Shown in pieces: positions 11,340 to 24,180 of a DNA stretch of 54,001 nt. This stretch comes from Octopus bimaculoides (lineage: Eukaryota), in the NCBI RefSeq assembly GCF_001194135.2, contig NC_068983.1, positions 115,787,493 to 115,841,493 on the forward strand, read 5' to 3'. A program made the position numbers and the translations under genes. Under the pieces are notes generated by a model. It did no database searches. It had not been told where the DNA came from and saw only the letters and a program-made list of their open reading frames with translations. Position 1 is the first letter of the stretch; each line of letters starts with the position of its first letter.

Positions 11340-12420
11340 AGGGACAGATGGGGTGCAAGGGCATAGGCATAAATGGTATGCTTTTAAAGCCTCGTTTTTC
11401 CTGAGATGGATGAGTCTTCTGGAGCACAACAAATCACCTATCATCCTGGTCCTTTGTCATCTCCTCTATGAGGTTCAACATTTGGAGGTCTTTTGTCACT
11501 ACTTTGTCCCACAAAGTATTGAAGAATTGCTGCTCAGTCAGGAGTGAAGAGCAGTGCCTGTAACCCTTCGTAGTGCCTCCAAGACTAGTGAGACCCAAAG
11601 ACCTAACCCTATTGCTTGCAACAGAGTGAACTCTTCTAAAGTAGAGTGGCATGGTTCCATTAAGGTGGAGTGCACAACACTTCCTTATGCAGTAATTATC
11701 TTCCATACACATCACAGGCCTATGTCAATGTGGCCCTCTCTTTTACACACTATATATGATTCCCCTTATACCCAATTCTTCTTTCAGCCCAGTAGAACTC
11801 GGCTGTTTATGCTGTTAGACATCTTTCAGAACATGTGTATTTTATTTATTACTTGTCTGCAGAGGTCTTCTGCATTTAAAGCTCACATCTCACCACTACG
11901 CAGCATTGCAGTTCAAAACCAAGACTTATATAAAATACCCTTTACTTTGAGAGAATGGCTTTTGCTGCCAGCAGAGGTAATAGCTTTCTGAGCTTTTTCA
12001 AACCAGTTCTCGCCCTAGCTATGATGTATTCAGAACAACCATTTCCTCTACTAATTATGTCACCCAAGGAATGGAAGCTGTCCACTGCTTCTAGTGAACC
12101 AGTCTGGCATTTAAGGGAATCTATTTCAGGTATGCTTTTAGTTCTTATTGGACCTGTGCATTTGCCTCATACAAGGCTTATTTTCTCAGCCTGTCAGTGA
12201 TTCCACTATGTCTTTTGTGCATCCATAGCTTGAAGTGGGTATAATATATTGAGTTCCTACTTATTCCTCTTCATCCTATCAAGCAGGACATTTCCTGACA
12301 GTATCAGGATTCTATGTTTTGCTTCCATGTCTGAAATTTCTTCACTGAAGAATGTTACTCAGTGAGATGCAACATAGTCAGAAACTTTTGTATCTCAAAC
12401 AGTCAAAAGTATTAATTTAT
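11340..12420 (-). mobile_element. Decayed RTE-type LINE ORF2 C-terminal fragment
   Basis: Minus strand gives GSLEAVDSFHSLGDIISRGNGCSEYIIARARTGLKKLRKLLPLL and WDKVVTKDLQMLNLIEEMTKD, with stops and frameshifts. Confidence 0.75.
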
Positions 12421-12619
12421 TTTCAGTATGCAGTTAAAACACCGTGAACTGTTCAATCCACTTCCTCTTTGACTCAAGTATTGTGAAGACCCTACTAAAG
12501 ATTTCAAACATCAAGCTGAACAGATGTACTTCAGCATGGCTATTAGGTATACTGATGAAATTTTTTATGCAGTACTAATTGACAAGCTCTGGGATATAAG
12601 TGACCAAAAGTTGAAAACT

Positions 12620-14200
12620 ATGGCGTCTATCAATGCCAGAAATAGCCAGAAGGGAGGCTAAGAGACAGGTATATTCAGCCAGGGGAAAAACAGAAAGGAA
12701 GAAGTTCACCAGTATTCTGTGGCATGAGGACCAGAGGCTCAAGGTGTTTTTGGATTGCTAGACAGTGTGTGAGAGAAAATCGTGATGTTGTAGGAGAGAA
12801 ATGTGCTCACATAGATGATGATTTACTTGCAGTTAATGATTCTGCAAAGAAGTTTGGGAATGCCACTATGAAAAGCTGCTAAATGTAGAGAATGCATAAA
12901 CAAAGGAGAGTCTGCCTAATGTAGACCCAACAGAGGGACCAGCTATCCAAATTAATAGTTGCTTGGTCGATAAAGCAAAAGCCCTTGGCCCTTTAGGAAT
13001 CATTGCTGTGAAGCTTAAAATATCTGACAGAGTGGGATACGGCCTAGTCACCCACCTAGTTAATCAGGTGGTCCACAAGGGAGTCATACCCAACGACTAG
13101 TGTAGCAGCACTTTAGTCAACTGCTACAAAGGTAAAGGTAGTGCTTTAGTCAGAAATAATTACAGAGGTATGAAGCTGCTGGATCCAGTGATGAAAGTTA
13201 CTGAAAGAGTCATAGCTCAACTAATGAGGAAGAGAGTTAGCCTGGATGAGGTGCAGTTTGATTTTGTGTCAGGTAAAAGCACCATTGATGCTATCTTCCT
13301 GGAAAGGCAACTGCAGGAGAAGCATTTTGCCAAGAATATACCTCTGCACTTGACTTTTGCTGACTTGAAGAAAGCCTTTGACAGTGTTCCCCTCACCCTT
13401 ATCTGGTGGTCAATGTGGAAGCTAGGGATAGGTAAATGGTTGGTGAGAGCCATACAAGTCATGTATAAGGATGCTATCCATAAGATGATGGCTGACAATG
13501 AGTATAGCAATAAATTTAGTGTTCAAGTAGGAGTTCACCAAGGATCAGTTCTCAGCTCCATCTTGCTTATCATAGTCCACCAGGCCATAACAGACGATTT
13601 CAAGATTCGCTACTCTTGGGAGCACCTCTATACTGATGACCTTGTTCTTATAGCTGAATCACTAACTAAACAAGAGAGGAGATTTCTGGTGTGGAATCTA
13701 AGTGCCTTAGAGTTAATTTAGCAAAGAGCAAATTCTTAGTAAATAGGAAAACAGACAAATCACAAATCCGTTTTGGGAGATGGCCCTGCTCAATATGTTG
13801 GAAAGGCGTTGGTGGAAACTCCACACAGTGTACCCATGCAAGCTATTAACACACAAGAGGTGCAGCGGTTTCATAGGAAGGTTAACACAGACAGTAGTCT
13901 TTGTGTGCAGCAGACGTGTGGGTGCAATAATCACTAAGAATGAACAGCAAATAGACTTCCTCAAATGTCCTAAATATTCTTTAGCAGTAGTACATAACTT
14001 CCAATACCTGGGCCAAGTTAGCAGTGGAGGAGGAAGTTCTGAAGGTGTAGTTACTAGAATAAGAACAGAATGGGAAAAGTTCAAAGAGCTACTACCTTTG
14101 TTGGTAATAAAGGGCCTTTTCTTCAAAGTGAAAGGCAGATTGTATGATACCTGTGTATGTATAGCTATGGTGTATGACAGTGAAGCATGGGCTATGGTGC
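12620..14200 (+). mobile_element. Decayed RTE-type LINE reverse transcriptase fragment
   Basis: ORF 13170-13721 has QFDF..GKSTIDAIF, FADLKKAFDSVP, GVHQGSVLS and LYTDDLVL. ORF 13780-14262 has FQYLG and EKFKELLPLL..KGRLYDTCV. Confidence 0.92.
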
Positions 14201-14640
14201 ATATATTCATCTTATGGATGGGATGCCAGTCCATCACAGGGTTGCTCATTTTTGCCAGCTGAGTGAACTGGAGCAGTGTGAAATGAAGTGTTTTGTTCAA
14301 GAACACAACACATCACATGGTCCAGGAATTGAAACCATAGTCTTATGATCATAGGTCCAACACACTTAACCACATGCCTCCACAGTGGTAAGGGCATTGC
14401 ACTCACAATCATTAAATCATGGGTTCAATTCTCAAATAGGCAGGGCATTGTATTCTTGAGCAAGTCACTACCTTTCACATTGTTCTGTTCTGCTCAGCTG
14501 TAAATGAGTGACACTGTAGTGGATTAGCTTTCCAATCAGGGGTAACATTGGCCTGATTTCCCAACCAGCAGGGTGGCATTATATGAGAGCTAAAACAATG
14601 CAAAGTGCATTATGACAAGTGATGTATAACAATATCCAGT
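14195..14640. mobile_element. Two old SINE fragments, head-to-head (minus ~14195-14390, plus ~14393-14640)
   Basis: E-like core gtgttttgttcaagaacacaac on one side; gtggtaagggc..ttcttgagcaagtcac on the other. Confidence 0.5.
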
Positions 14641-14992
14641 AGTCTAGTTAATACCCATGATATATACATGTGCGTGTGTGTGTGTGTGTGTGTGGTTGGC
14701 CACATGCTCATGGTAAATGAGGAAGTATCCCAAGGGGCTGGGAGACTGACTGAGACACTGCTTGGGGGATTACCCAGGATAACCCAAGCAAATACTGACA
14801 AATGGTGAATACAACATGTAACACCACATATTTGACCTGACCTACACACACACACACATATAATACGGAGTTGAGTTCCATGGCAGTCTGCTGGCAACTT
14901 TTTCTGTCTTATAAGGGTAAAATACCCAATTTTTGTGCATTTTTTAAAGCTATACTGCATTTGAAATATTACTTTCTTGTCTGTATAACATA

Positions 14993-15655
14993 TTGGGTTG
15001 GCAACTAAGTTCCCGCCGTTTTTAAAAATTTTAATTTTTTAAAAGGTTTAATAAAAAATGACAACTAATTAATCAATAATGTATTCACCCTTGTTGTTTA
15101 CAACTTCTTCACAACGTTCAACAAGATTTTCAATACCTCGTTGGTAGAAATCATCCGATTTCGACTCGAAAAATTGATCCAACCAAGCTCTCAATTCTGC
15201 ATCAGTATTGAACGAAACTCTGCGCATAGCATTTGAAAGAGGTGGAAATCCATTGGTGCCAAATCAGGAGAGTACAGCAGGTGTGGCAGCACTTCCCAGC
15301 CATGCATCTGAATGGCCTCCTCGGTTATATTGGCGATATGAGGGCAGGCGTTGTCGTGCAGCAGAAGAACTCCATACTGACGATTAGGTCTTTTCTCTTG
15401 AATAGCTGTGTTGAGTCGTTCCATCTGTTGAACATAGAGTTCTGCGTTGACCGTTTGGTTCTGTTCAAGCAATTCGCAATGGATAATTCCTTCCCAGTCT
15501 CACCATATGTACAACATCATTTTACGTGGATGAAGATCTTGTTTCGTGCACGGTGTCGCTTGTTTACCGGGGCTAAGCCATTCCTTATGCTGCTTCATAT
15601 TGATGTACAGGCACCATTTTTCATCGCCAGTAATGATTCAGTAAAGGAGCCACAT
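14993..15655 (-). mobile_element. Mariner (D34D) transposon, 5'-truncated relic with one TIR
   Basis: TA followed by TIR TTGGGTTGGCAACTAAGTTCCCGCCG. Minus strand gives IITGDEKW, LLHDNA and YSPDLAPMD, with 34 residues between the catalytic Asps. Confidence 0.92.
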
Positions 15656-15830
15656 TCCAACACTAGAATGTAACTCCTTTCTGGAAATTCTCCTCTGATG
15701 AAATATCCAATTAACCAGTTTCAATATGAAAATTTTAAATGAATTTAATTTAATTTAATCTCTCTAATTGAATTAATTGGACATGAAAATGGCTGTAGGG
15801 AAAAGAATTTCATACATACAAAGATACATC

Positions 15831-15868
<38 letters not shown>

Positions 15869-16196
15869 TATGAAGGTCGTTCAGAGAGATGACAAAGGAG
15901 TTTACAAATAAAGTGTAAAAAATATAATGGACACAGACACACTTAAGCCCTCTTCAGTTGTTAATCAATTATCATCACAATTTTGGCACTTTCCAACAAT
16001 ATTGTGCAGTTTAGTTGTATCAGAAACATAATCTGTCAGTGTACAAATAAGTGAACATGATAGATGAACAAAGACAGAAAAAATTGGGATGTACTGTAAC
16101 AGAAAGGTAAGGTCTGCAGACCAAATAGTAAATAAAGATGAGTTGTGAGAACAGGAAACAAATTTTAAATGGAAATACATATATACATAAATATAG

Positions 16197-16585
16197 TTGT
16201 TGTTGTTGGCACTCCATCGCTTACGACATCGAGGGTTCCAGTTGATCCAATCAACGGAACAGCCTGCTCGTGAAATTAACGTGCAAGTGGCTGAGCACTC
16301 CACAGACACGTGTACCCTTAACGTAGTTCTCGGAGATATTCAGCGTGACACAGTGTGACAAGGCTGGCCCTTTGAATTACAGACACAACAGAAACAGGAA
16401 GTAAGAGTGAGAGAAAGTTGTGGTGGAAGAGTACAGCAGGGTTCACCACCATCCCCTGCCGGAGCCTCATGGAGCTTTAGGTGTTTTCGTTCAATAAACA
16501 CTCACAACGCCCGGTCTGGGAATCAAAACTGTGATCCTATGACTGCGAGTCCGCTGCCCTAACCACTGGGCCATTGCGCCTCCAC
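16197..16585 (-). mobile_element. SINE family A, full length
   Basis: (CAA)n tail; flanks ataaatatag and ataagtatag (TSD with 1 mismatch). Confidence 0.92.
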
Positions 16586-16993
16586 ATAAGTATAGCAAAA
16601 AAAAAAATACAAAATGACACAGAAAAATATACATGTACAGAGAATGTACATGAGATGGTGAAGATGATTAGAGAAAGATATGGAAAGAAAGAGAGAAAGA
16701 ACATAGGGAGAGAAAGATGTGTGTTTGTCTCCTTGGCTTAACATTGTTTGATAGATGTAATGAGTGCCACTATCATACAAACAGTGACATTCGTTTTGCA
16801 AGAACATGTCTGGCCATGGAGAAATATTACTTTACTGAGAAACAGGAGATGGTTGGCAATGGCTTGGGTAACTGGCTGTGGAAAATATGCCTCAAATAAA
16901 AACCATTTGACCCATGCAAGCATGGAAAAGTGGACTTGAAAATGATGATGAGGATACATATACTAGCATATGCACACATATATGTATATAAAC

Positions 16994-17032
<39 letters not shown>

Positions 17033-17034
<2 letters not shown>

Positions 17035-17376
17035 GCTATGCTGGAGCAATGCCTTTAGTTGAAGAAATCGACTCCAGGACTTATTCCTTGTAAGCCTAGT
17101 ACTTATTCTATCGGTCTTTTTTTGCCAAACTGCTAAGTTATGGGGACGTAAACACACGAACATCGGTTGTCAAGCGATGGTGGGGGGACAAACACAGATG
17201 CACAAACACATACATATATATTTACATACATATATATGATGGCCTTCTTTCAGTTTCCGTTTACCAAATCCACTCACAAGGCTTTGGTCGGCCCAAGGCT
17301 ATAGCAGAAGACACTTGCCCAAGGTGCCACACAGTGGGACTGAACTCAGAACCATGTGATTGGGAAGCAAGCTTCT
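17033..17376 (-). mobile_element. SINE family B body; its head is displaced to 19081-19120 by an insertion
   Basis: The B body stops at ggaagcaagcttct, and the missing head accacacagccacacctgcgcctat resumes after an identical 14-mer at 19081. Confidence 0.85.
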
Positions 17377-19080
17377 ATATTTCATGAAAATTGGCCATAA
17401 AGGCCTTACACAGAGGGGACAGCACAAATTGGGGACAAAAAAAAAATGAATGGAATGAATGAAATTTATATAATGAAAGATGAAATGAAATCACTCGGCC
17501 CCACCTCCGGGTGACTTCATCGAACCCTTTGCAACACGATTTGAATTTCCATTTGTAACCAACTTTAGAATACAATTATTTACATTTTACAATAATTAAT
17601 CCACATTTTTTTTCAAAATGTCTATATTATATTTCTTTAAAATATCCGTGTACCTTATTCTTTCCAGCATTGTGCTGGTGTCTACTTTTTTGTACCACCA
17701 CTCGCAGTCATAGTTTTCTATATACTCATGCACCTTCCACAGGTTATCCAGGTCTGTCAGCACACAATTATCATTCTCTGGCAGACCCCTTACACCTGCT
17801 ATATCCACCTTGACTATTCCATCCCACGAATTTACCTTGTTATCCAGTTCCTTATTCTGTCCATTATACATCAATACATATTTTTTCCTTACAGGGCGGG
17901 GTGGGTAACTTTGAGGCTCTTGTGTGTTTGCGATTGCTTTTATGTCAGACTGGGCATGGGAAGGGTTGGTGTCTGTAGGGAGTGGTTGGGAGCAGAGTGA
18001 ATGTGGGTGGGAGCCTGGTGGGTGCGGGTTGGGGGATGTCATTCTTTAGCACATGTGTCCTCTTTCTTCTTTTTCTTTTCTTTTTTTCTGCTATCTCCCA
18101 GCTGTCATTCGTCTCTTCTTCCTTGATGGTCATGTCCTTTTCCTCCACGGGCTCTGAAACACTTACCACTCTTTCACTCTCCCCAGCCTTTTCCAATGGT
18201 GGAGGGCATTCCATTCTAATATGGCCCTTCAGGCCACATTTATAACACCACAGAATTCTTCCCTCCACTCTAACTTTCAAAGTAGTTTCACCCACTAAGA
18301 TGTTTTCTACCATATTTTCCAGGTCCTCCTCTGTGACCTGTACCATCATTTCAAGGGTTTGTCCTCTCCAATTCCTTTGGGGTGTTCTGGTGGCCTGCAG
18401 GACCACCACCTTCTCCTCCATGCCCAGCAGTATGGCAGTCACCAGCCAAGCAACATTCACATCTGGTGGTATGTTTTCCACCCAAACCCTGGAAGTACGC
18501 CTCCCAAGGTACACGGGTAGAAGCACCACCTTGTCTGTTTTCAGTGGTGTGGCCGAGTACAGTCTGGCAGTTGCTATCTCCTTAAGCTGCACCTCCTCTA
18601 TTCCATATTTTCATCCCCTGGCAAGGTATGATATCTCCTGCCAGACTGACCTCAGTTCCTTTTCCACCTGTGCATCTGACACCACTTGTATTTTCCTTGT
18701 TGTTGTAGTGTAGTTTCAATAAACAATTGTCCTTTCGTCCTTGTCCTTTAATACTTTTTTGGCGGGGAACACCTTCACATTGTTCCCCTCCCTTTCAAGC
18801 ATTCTCTTGAACTCGCTCAACTCTTCCAGATTCACTTCTTCAAGTTTTTCTCTAGCCGCCGCTGCTTAACTTCTCTTCTCCATTTCCTTGTCCATCTTGT
18901 TTAAGTATTCAACTAATTCCTCCTCAGACGGATCACATTCTAGGGAAGAATACTTCAACTTCTCCCAACTTCTTGCTCAACGCCCCTCCATTATACCAGA
19001 GGAAAAATGTTGCTCCACCAGGACAGCCAAAAATGTGTGTACCAAACAAATCCAACAATTCAACTGAACAACCATAAACC
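17377..19080 (-). mobile_element. 1704-bp ORF1/gag-only retroposon (CCHC zinc knuckle), decayed, 14-bp TSD
   Basis: TSD GGAAGCAAGCTTCT at 17363-17376 and 19081-19094. Broken ORF ~18991 to 17596 with CYKCGLKGHIRMEC (18206-18247), RVWVENIPPDV and KKKRKRRKR. No RT or endonuclease motifs seen. Confidence 0.85.
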
Positions 19081-19200
19081 GGAAGCAAGCTTCTTACCAC
19101 ACAGCCACACCTGCGCCTATGATGCAAACATGTTTCTGAGGTTGCCAACAGCAGTCCTGGTGGCACCATCCACCTAAATACACTGGGCATTTAGGTCAGG

Positions 19201-19261
<61 letters not shown>

Positions 19262-19844
19262 CAATCACATATATCCACATACATACACCTACATGCAAAT
19301 ATACATTATATCCTTTATATTACAGTAGGTGAATTTTGGAAAAGATATATAGATTTTATTTATTTTATTTACTTATAAAAAAACTATATTTGTGTCAATA
19401 GTGTGTTCAATTTAAAATTGTATTATTCACAGGCAAAGTAGCATATAGTTATTGTAATCAGGTAAGGTGAGAGTTGAAAGTGAATTAAGTGATGAAGAAT
19501 ACTTAATTCTCTTACATGAAGGGTTGGGCAATTCCTCAGAAATATCAAATTCTTCCAGGAAAACTTTGATATTATTTCATTTTAGGAGTCAACTCAACCC
19601 TGTCTGTGTATGGGAGATACATCCACAGTACATTGTAGTTACAGACAAATTGTGGTCAATGTGGTAGTAAACAACAACATTCTTGTGATATGTATACATT
19701 TAGACATCTAGAAACATGCTTATCCAAATATATCTGGAGTCTAATGAATAGTAATATTAAAATTGTCAATATTATTATTTGTTACACTCTTCACAAGATT
19801 GATTCAAAAGAGTGTAATTTTTATGTCTCAGAAAGGTGTAACAT

Positions 19845-20073
19845 TTTGTTTAGCAGAATCATTAGCACACCAGGTGAAATGCTTAGCGGTATTTTGTCTG
19901 CCGTTACATTCTGAGATCAAATTCTGCCAAGGTCGACTTTGCCTTTCATTCTTTTGGGGTCAATTAAATAAGCACCAGTTACACACTGGGGTCGATGTAA
20001 TCGACTTAATCCCTTTGTCTGTCCTTGTTTGTCCCCTCTATGTTTAGCCCCCTATGGGCAATATAGAAATAAG
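19845..20073 (+). mobile_element. SINE family D, most complete copy
   Basis: Head, core ggtcgactttgcctttcattcttttggggtc, and tail gtcccctctatgtttagccccctatgggcaatatagaaataag. Confidence 0.8.
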
Positions 20074-21352
20074 CATTCTGTTGCAGTTTTTGAAATTTTT
20101 GACCAAAGATCCAAATTGATAAAATCCATGTAGACACCTTTATTACTGGCTTTTGAAGGATTTCCAATTACCAACTGGCTTGTAAATTTTATTCGCTACA
20201 TTATGGATCTATCTTACTCTGAAAGATAGTTTTGTATTTCCAAAGCATTCATTGACACTGAGAATTCAGCAATACATCTGATTCATCTTATGTCCAGCTC
20301 TTTTCTCAGTTCATTTGTGTTCTATTATTTGTGCACACAGCCAATGGTGCACACTCCATTTCTTTCTAGCTGACATACATTTGTATTTAAGACCCACATC
20401 TCATTACCTTCCAATATTGCACTAGCATGTACTGATATGCAAACGAGAAAAAAAGCAGTGCCTGCTGTTCATAGCATTTCTAAAGTTATGTGTTCTCTCT
20501 GTGTATATTGACTTGAAGTAAACAATCATGATAAGCTGGGTAAGTCAGGTAAATGTGGATGAATTGCTGGAGGATTTCATCTTGGGTCTCTTTAACAATG
20601 AGACTTAATATGTGTTCAATAAATGTAAATTCCTATGTATTTCTATTACACACTATTGCACTTAAAGCTCAAACATCATATATTTGCCCTTCACTGAACT
20701 TTATCTGCCATATACTTACATAGACTACAATGCTTTCACATTATCCATCTCCATTGCTGAATCTCTCAACTACTTCTAACAAGACTTCTGGACAATCAAG
20801 GGATTTCATTTCTTGGGTGCTTTTATAACTAGCTATTTCTGTGTATTTATTTAGTATGAAATCCTTCTCCATCTATCTGCTTAAGATCCCACTACTTCAC
20901 ATGTGTACTCCTTGGTTTCTTTAGAAACGGTATAGAATTCCTATCCACTCATTTTGTGATTATCTAACATATGAGTATTGTGTTTTTATAGTCTGAAATT
21001 GATATCCCCAACGCCAATGATCTTTTTCATAATTTGACTGCAAGGAAATGTTAAAGTTTTCTTTGTCTTCTTTTCTTACTAAATCTCTTTTTCATGCAGC
21101 TGCTGTAATATATTCTTCTCTTCCTGCATCTTTTGTTCATCTTCAGCATCTTCTATGTGCTTCTGTTACAATTTCAGTTCTTTGTCTTTCTTCTGCTCAA
21201 CACCCCAGGCCATTAACTCCATCATCTGCTCTTGAGTTTTGTGTTCTTTCTCTTTGAGTTGCTATTGAATGACAGGTCTGTGTAGATGGTAAGGGTCCCT
21301 TGCAGGTATGATCTATTTAGTCTTTGATTCTCAGTTGAATGATGCTGCTGAT

Positions 21353-21407
<55 letters not shown>

Positions 21408-22182
21408 NNNNNNNNNNNNNNNNNNNNNNNNNNNNNNNNNNNNNNNNNNNNNNNNNNNNNNNNNNNNNNNNNNNNNNNNNNNNNNNNNNNNNNNNNNNNN
21501 NNNNNNNNNNNNNNNNNNNNNNNNNNNNNNNNNNNNNNNNNNNNNNNNNNNNNNNNNNNNNNNNNNNNNNNNNNNNNNNNNNNNNNNNNNNNNNNNNNNN
21601 NNNNNNNNNNNNNNNNNNNNNNNNNNNNNNNNNNNNNNNNNNNNNNNNNNNNNNNNNNNNNNNNNNNNNNNNNNNNNNNNNNNNNNNNNNNNNNNNNNNN
21701 NNNNNNNNNNNNNNNNNNNNNNNNNNNNNNNNNNNNNNNNNNNNNNNNNNNNNNNNNNNNNNNNNNNNNNNNNNNNNNNNNNNNNNNNNNNNNNNNNNNN
21801 NNNNNNNNNNNNNNNNNNNNNNNNNNNNNNNNNNNNNNNNNNNNNNNNNNNNNNNNNNNNNNNNNNNNNNNNNNNNNNNNNNNNNNNNNNNNNNNNNNNN
21901 NNNNNNNNNNNNNNNNNNNNNNNNNNNNNNNNNNNNNNNNNNNNNNNNNNNNNNNNNNNNNNNNNNNNNNNNNNNNNNNNNNNNNNNNNNNNNNNNNNNN
22001 NNNNNNNNNNNNNNNNNNNNNNNNNNNNNNNNNNNNNNNNNNNNNNNNNNNNNNNNNNNNNNNNNNNNNNNNNNNNNNNNNNNNNNNNNNNNNNNNNNNN
22101 NNNNNNNNNNNNNNNNNNNNNNNNNNNNNNNNNNNNNNNNNNNNNNNNNNNNNNNNNNNNNNNNNNNNNNNNNNNNNNNNNN

Positions 22183-22303
22183 AGAAACTCTGCCAAATTA
22201 GACTGGAGCCTGGTGTTGCCATCCGGTTTCACCAGTCCTCAGTCAAATCGTCCAACCCATGCTAGCATGGAAAGCGGACGTTAAACGATGATGATGATGA
22301 TGA

Positions 22304-22308
<5 letters not shown>
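22183..22308 (+). mobile_element. Family C 3' end with (GAT)n tail, emerging from a gap
   Basis: Almost identical to 49064-49179. Confidence 0.85.
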
Positions 22309-22340
<32 letters not shown>

Positions 22341-22344
22341 CATA

Positions 22345-23594
22345 CAGGGTGCATCAGGTTTTTGAGATAATTTGTATGACTTTAGGAAAAGATGCATAGT
22401 TCATCAAAGATGAGCTGTATCTGAAAAAAATTGCTACAAATAATCTTGACAATCCTCTTATTATATGTATTCAGTTAATCCACTGTTAGCATTAATGGCT
22501 GCTTCAGTATGGGGTTGGAAGCATTGACATCCCTGAATCAGATGATCTTTATCAATTTTGGACACAGTGCTGATTATGGTGCACTTAAGAGGTTGTATGG
22601 TGTTATGGAGATGTTTATTGATCTTTCTATTGACCACACCCTATATGTCATAGTCTAGAGGATTGAGATCTGGTGAGCTAGGAGACCATGCGTCTGGAGA
22701 ACATGATCATGGCGATTGGCATGCATCCATGCTTGAGTTGTCCTAGTCTTATTAGATAGCGCAGAGTTTTGTTGGAAGATGTACAGACTTCTATTGCAAA
22801 CTTTATTTATCCAGGGTCTCACAATTTTCTCCAACACCTCTGTGAAGACAGCAGCATTTACTCTTAAGTCCTGTGAAAAAAGTGAGGAGGCATGACATCT
22901 CCCTCATTGCTAGCAATTTCCAGATCTATCATAGTTGTTGAAAACTTAGTATGCATGACCATTGGAACCTCATTCAGGTCTCTTCATAACAATCTGTCAA
23001 TCCTTCAGTTTATTTTTTAGTACTAATTGGATTTTTTTTTTATTGGAGATCAAAACATTCCAGCTTCTTGGTGCTTTAATTTGTTTAGCTAGCACTTTGC
23101 ACTGATCAAATAATTCTCTCTTGTTACATCTGATATAAACTGACCTCTCCACATCAAATACGACTTGTACTGGATGTCTTCATCTACAACTCTTCTGATG
23201 GTGCATTCAGAAATCTTGAGGTCCTTTGTAATGGCTCTGATTGATTTACTGGGGTTTTTATTGATTATTTCTTTGACTTTTCATACAAAGTTAAGTGTTC
23301 TGATGGTATTAAGACTCAGTGCATGCATTTTGCATTTAGATGGTGATGTTGGATTCCCATCAGCAGCTTTCAGCTCCTTTTGAAATTTGACAAAGAAGGA
23401 ATGGGTAGGTTTCAGAAAGCAAGCTATCTCTTTATCACTAAGCTGCACTTTTAAGACAACTATTACAGCATGCCTTTTCATTGCTGAGTTAACCTGATGT
23501 CTGACATTATTTATTTGAAAAGTAAAGTAAAATAATTAAGTTAGAAGAAAGTTAGAACTCTTGAAAGAGGTGTCCTAAAAAAACTGATGCACCC

Positions 23595-23596
<2 letters not shown>
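22345..23596 (-). mobile_element. Full-length decayed maT (D37D) Tc1/mariner transposon
   Basis: TIRs CAGGGTGCATCAG(G)TTTTT at both ends, TA on the left. Minus strand gives VRPWINKV..YIFQQNSA...TQAW...PSSPDLNPLDY; spacing is 37 residues after repairing one frameshift. Confidence 0.88.
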
Positions 23597-23649
<53 letters not shown>

Positions 23650-24180
23650 GTACATATGCATATATACACACAGGATGCATCATACATACATACATACATG
23701 CATGCATGAAACAGGTGTAGGGAAGGCAGAGTTATGGATGAGGTGTATTTAAAGAAAGGAATGGTTGGGAAAAGGAAGAAGCAAGGGATGTTAAAGTCAG
23801 ATTAGAGGCAGCAGAAATGATGTAGGTTTGTGCATTGTAGGGACAGAATGTAGGGTGACAGGTAAAGGAAAGAAGTATGCATTGGATAGGATTCTGTATG
23901 TGGTGGACTGGAGTGTAATAAAGGGCAGCTTGGATAAGGTTTGGCAGGTAACCATGTCAGATTAAATAGTCTTAAAATAAAGACTTTTGTTTTCTGTAAT
24001 AAGAGGTCCATGTAGAGATCCATAGGTGGAATTGGAATATTCTTAGTAGATGGGCCCAAGAATTGTTTATTCATGAGTGTGATCTGTAGGTAGCACTTGG
24101 CCAAACATGACTTTATTTTGAGCTTACGTAATCTGAATAAGTTTGCTATATTAATATATATATATATATATTAATATATA

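Noticed and set aside
20700-21260. Minus-strand coiled-coil/gag-like reading (QEQMMELMAWGVEQKKDKELKL...)
   Set aside because: Many stops and no diagnostic motif; low-complexity purine bias can mimic this.
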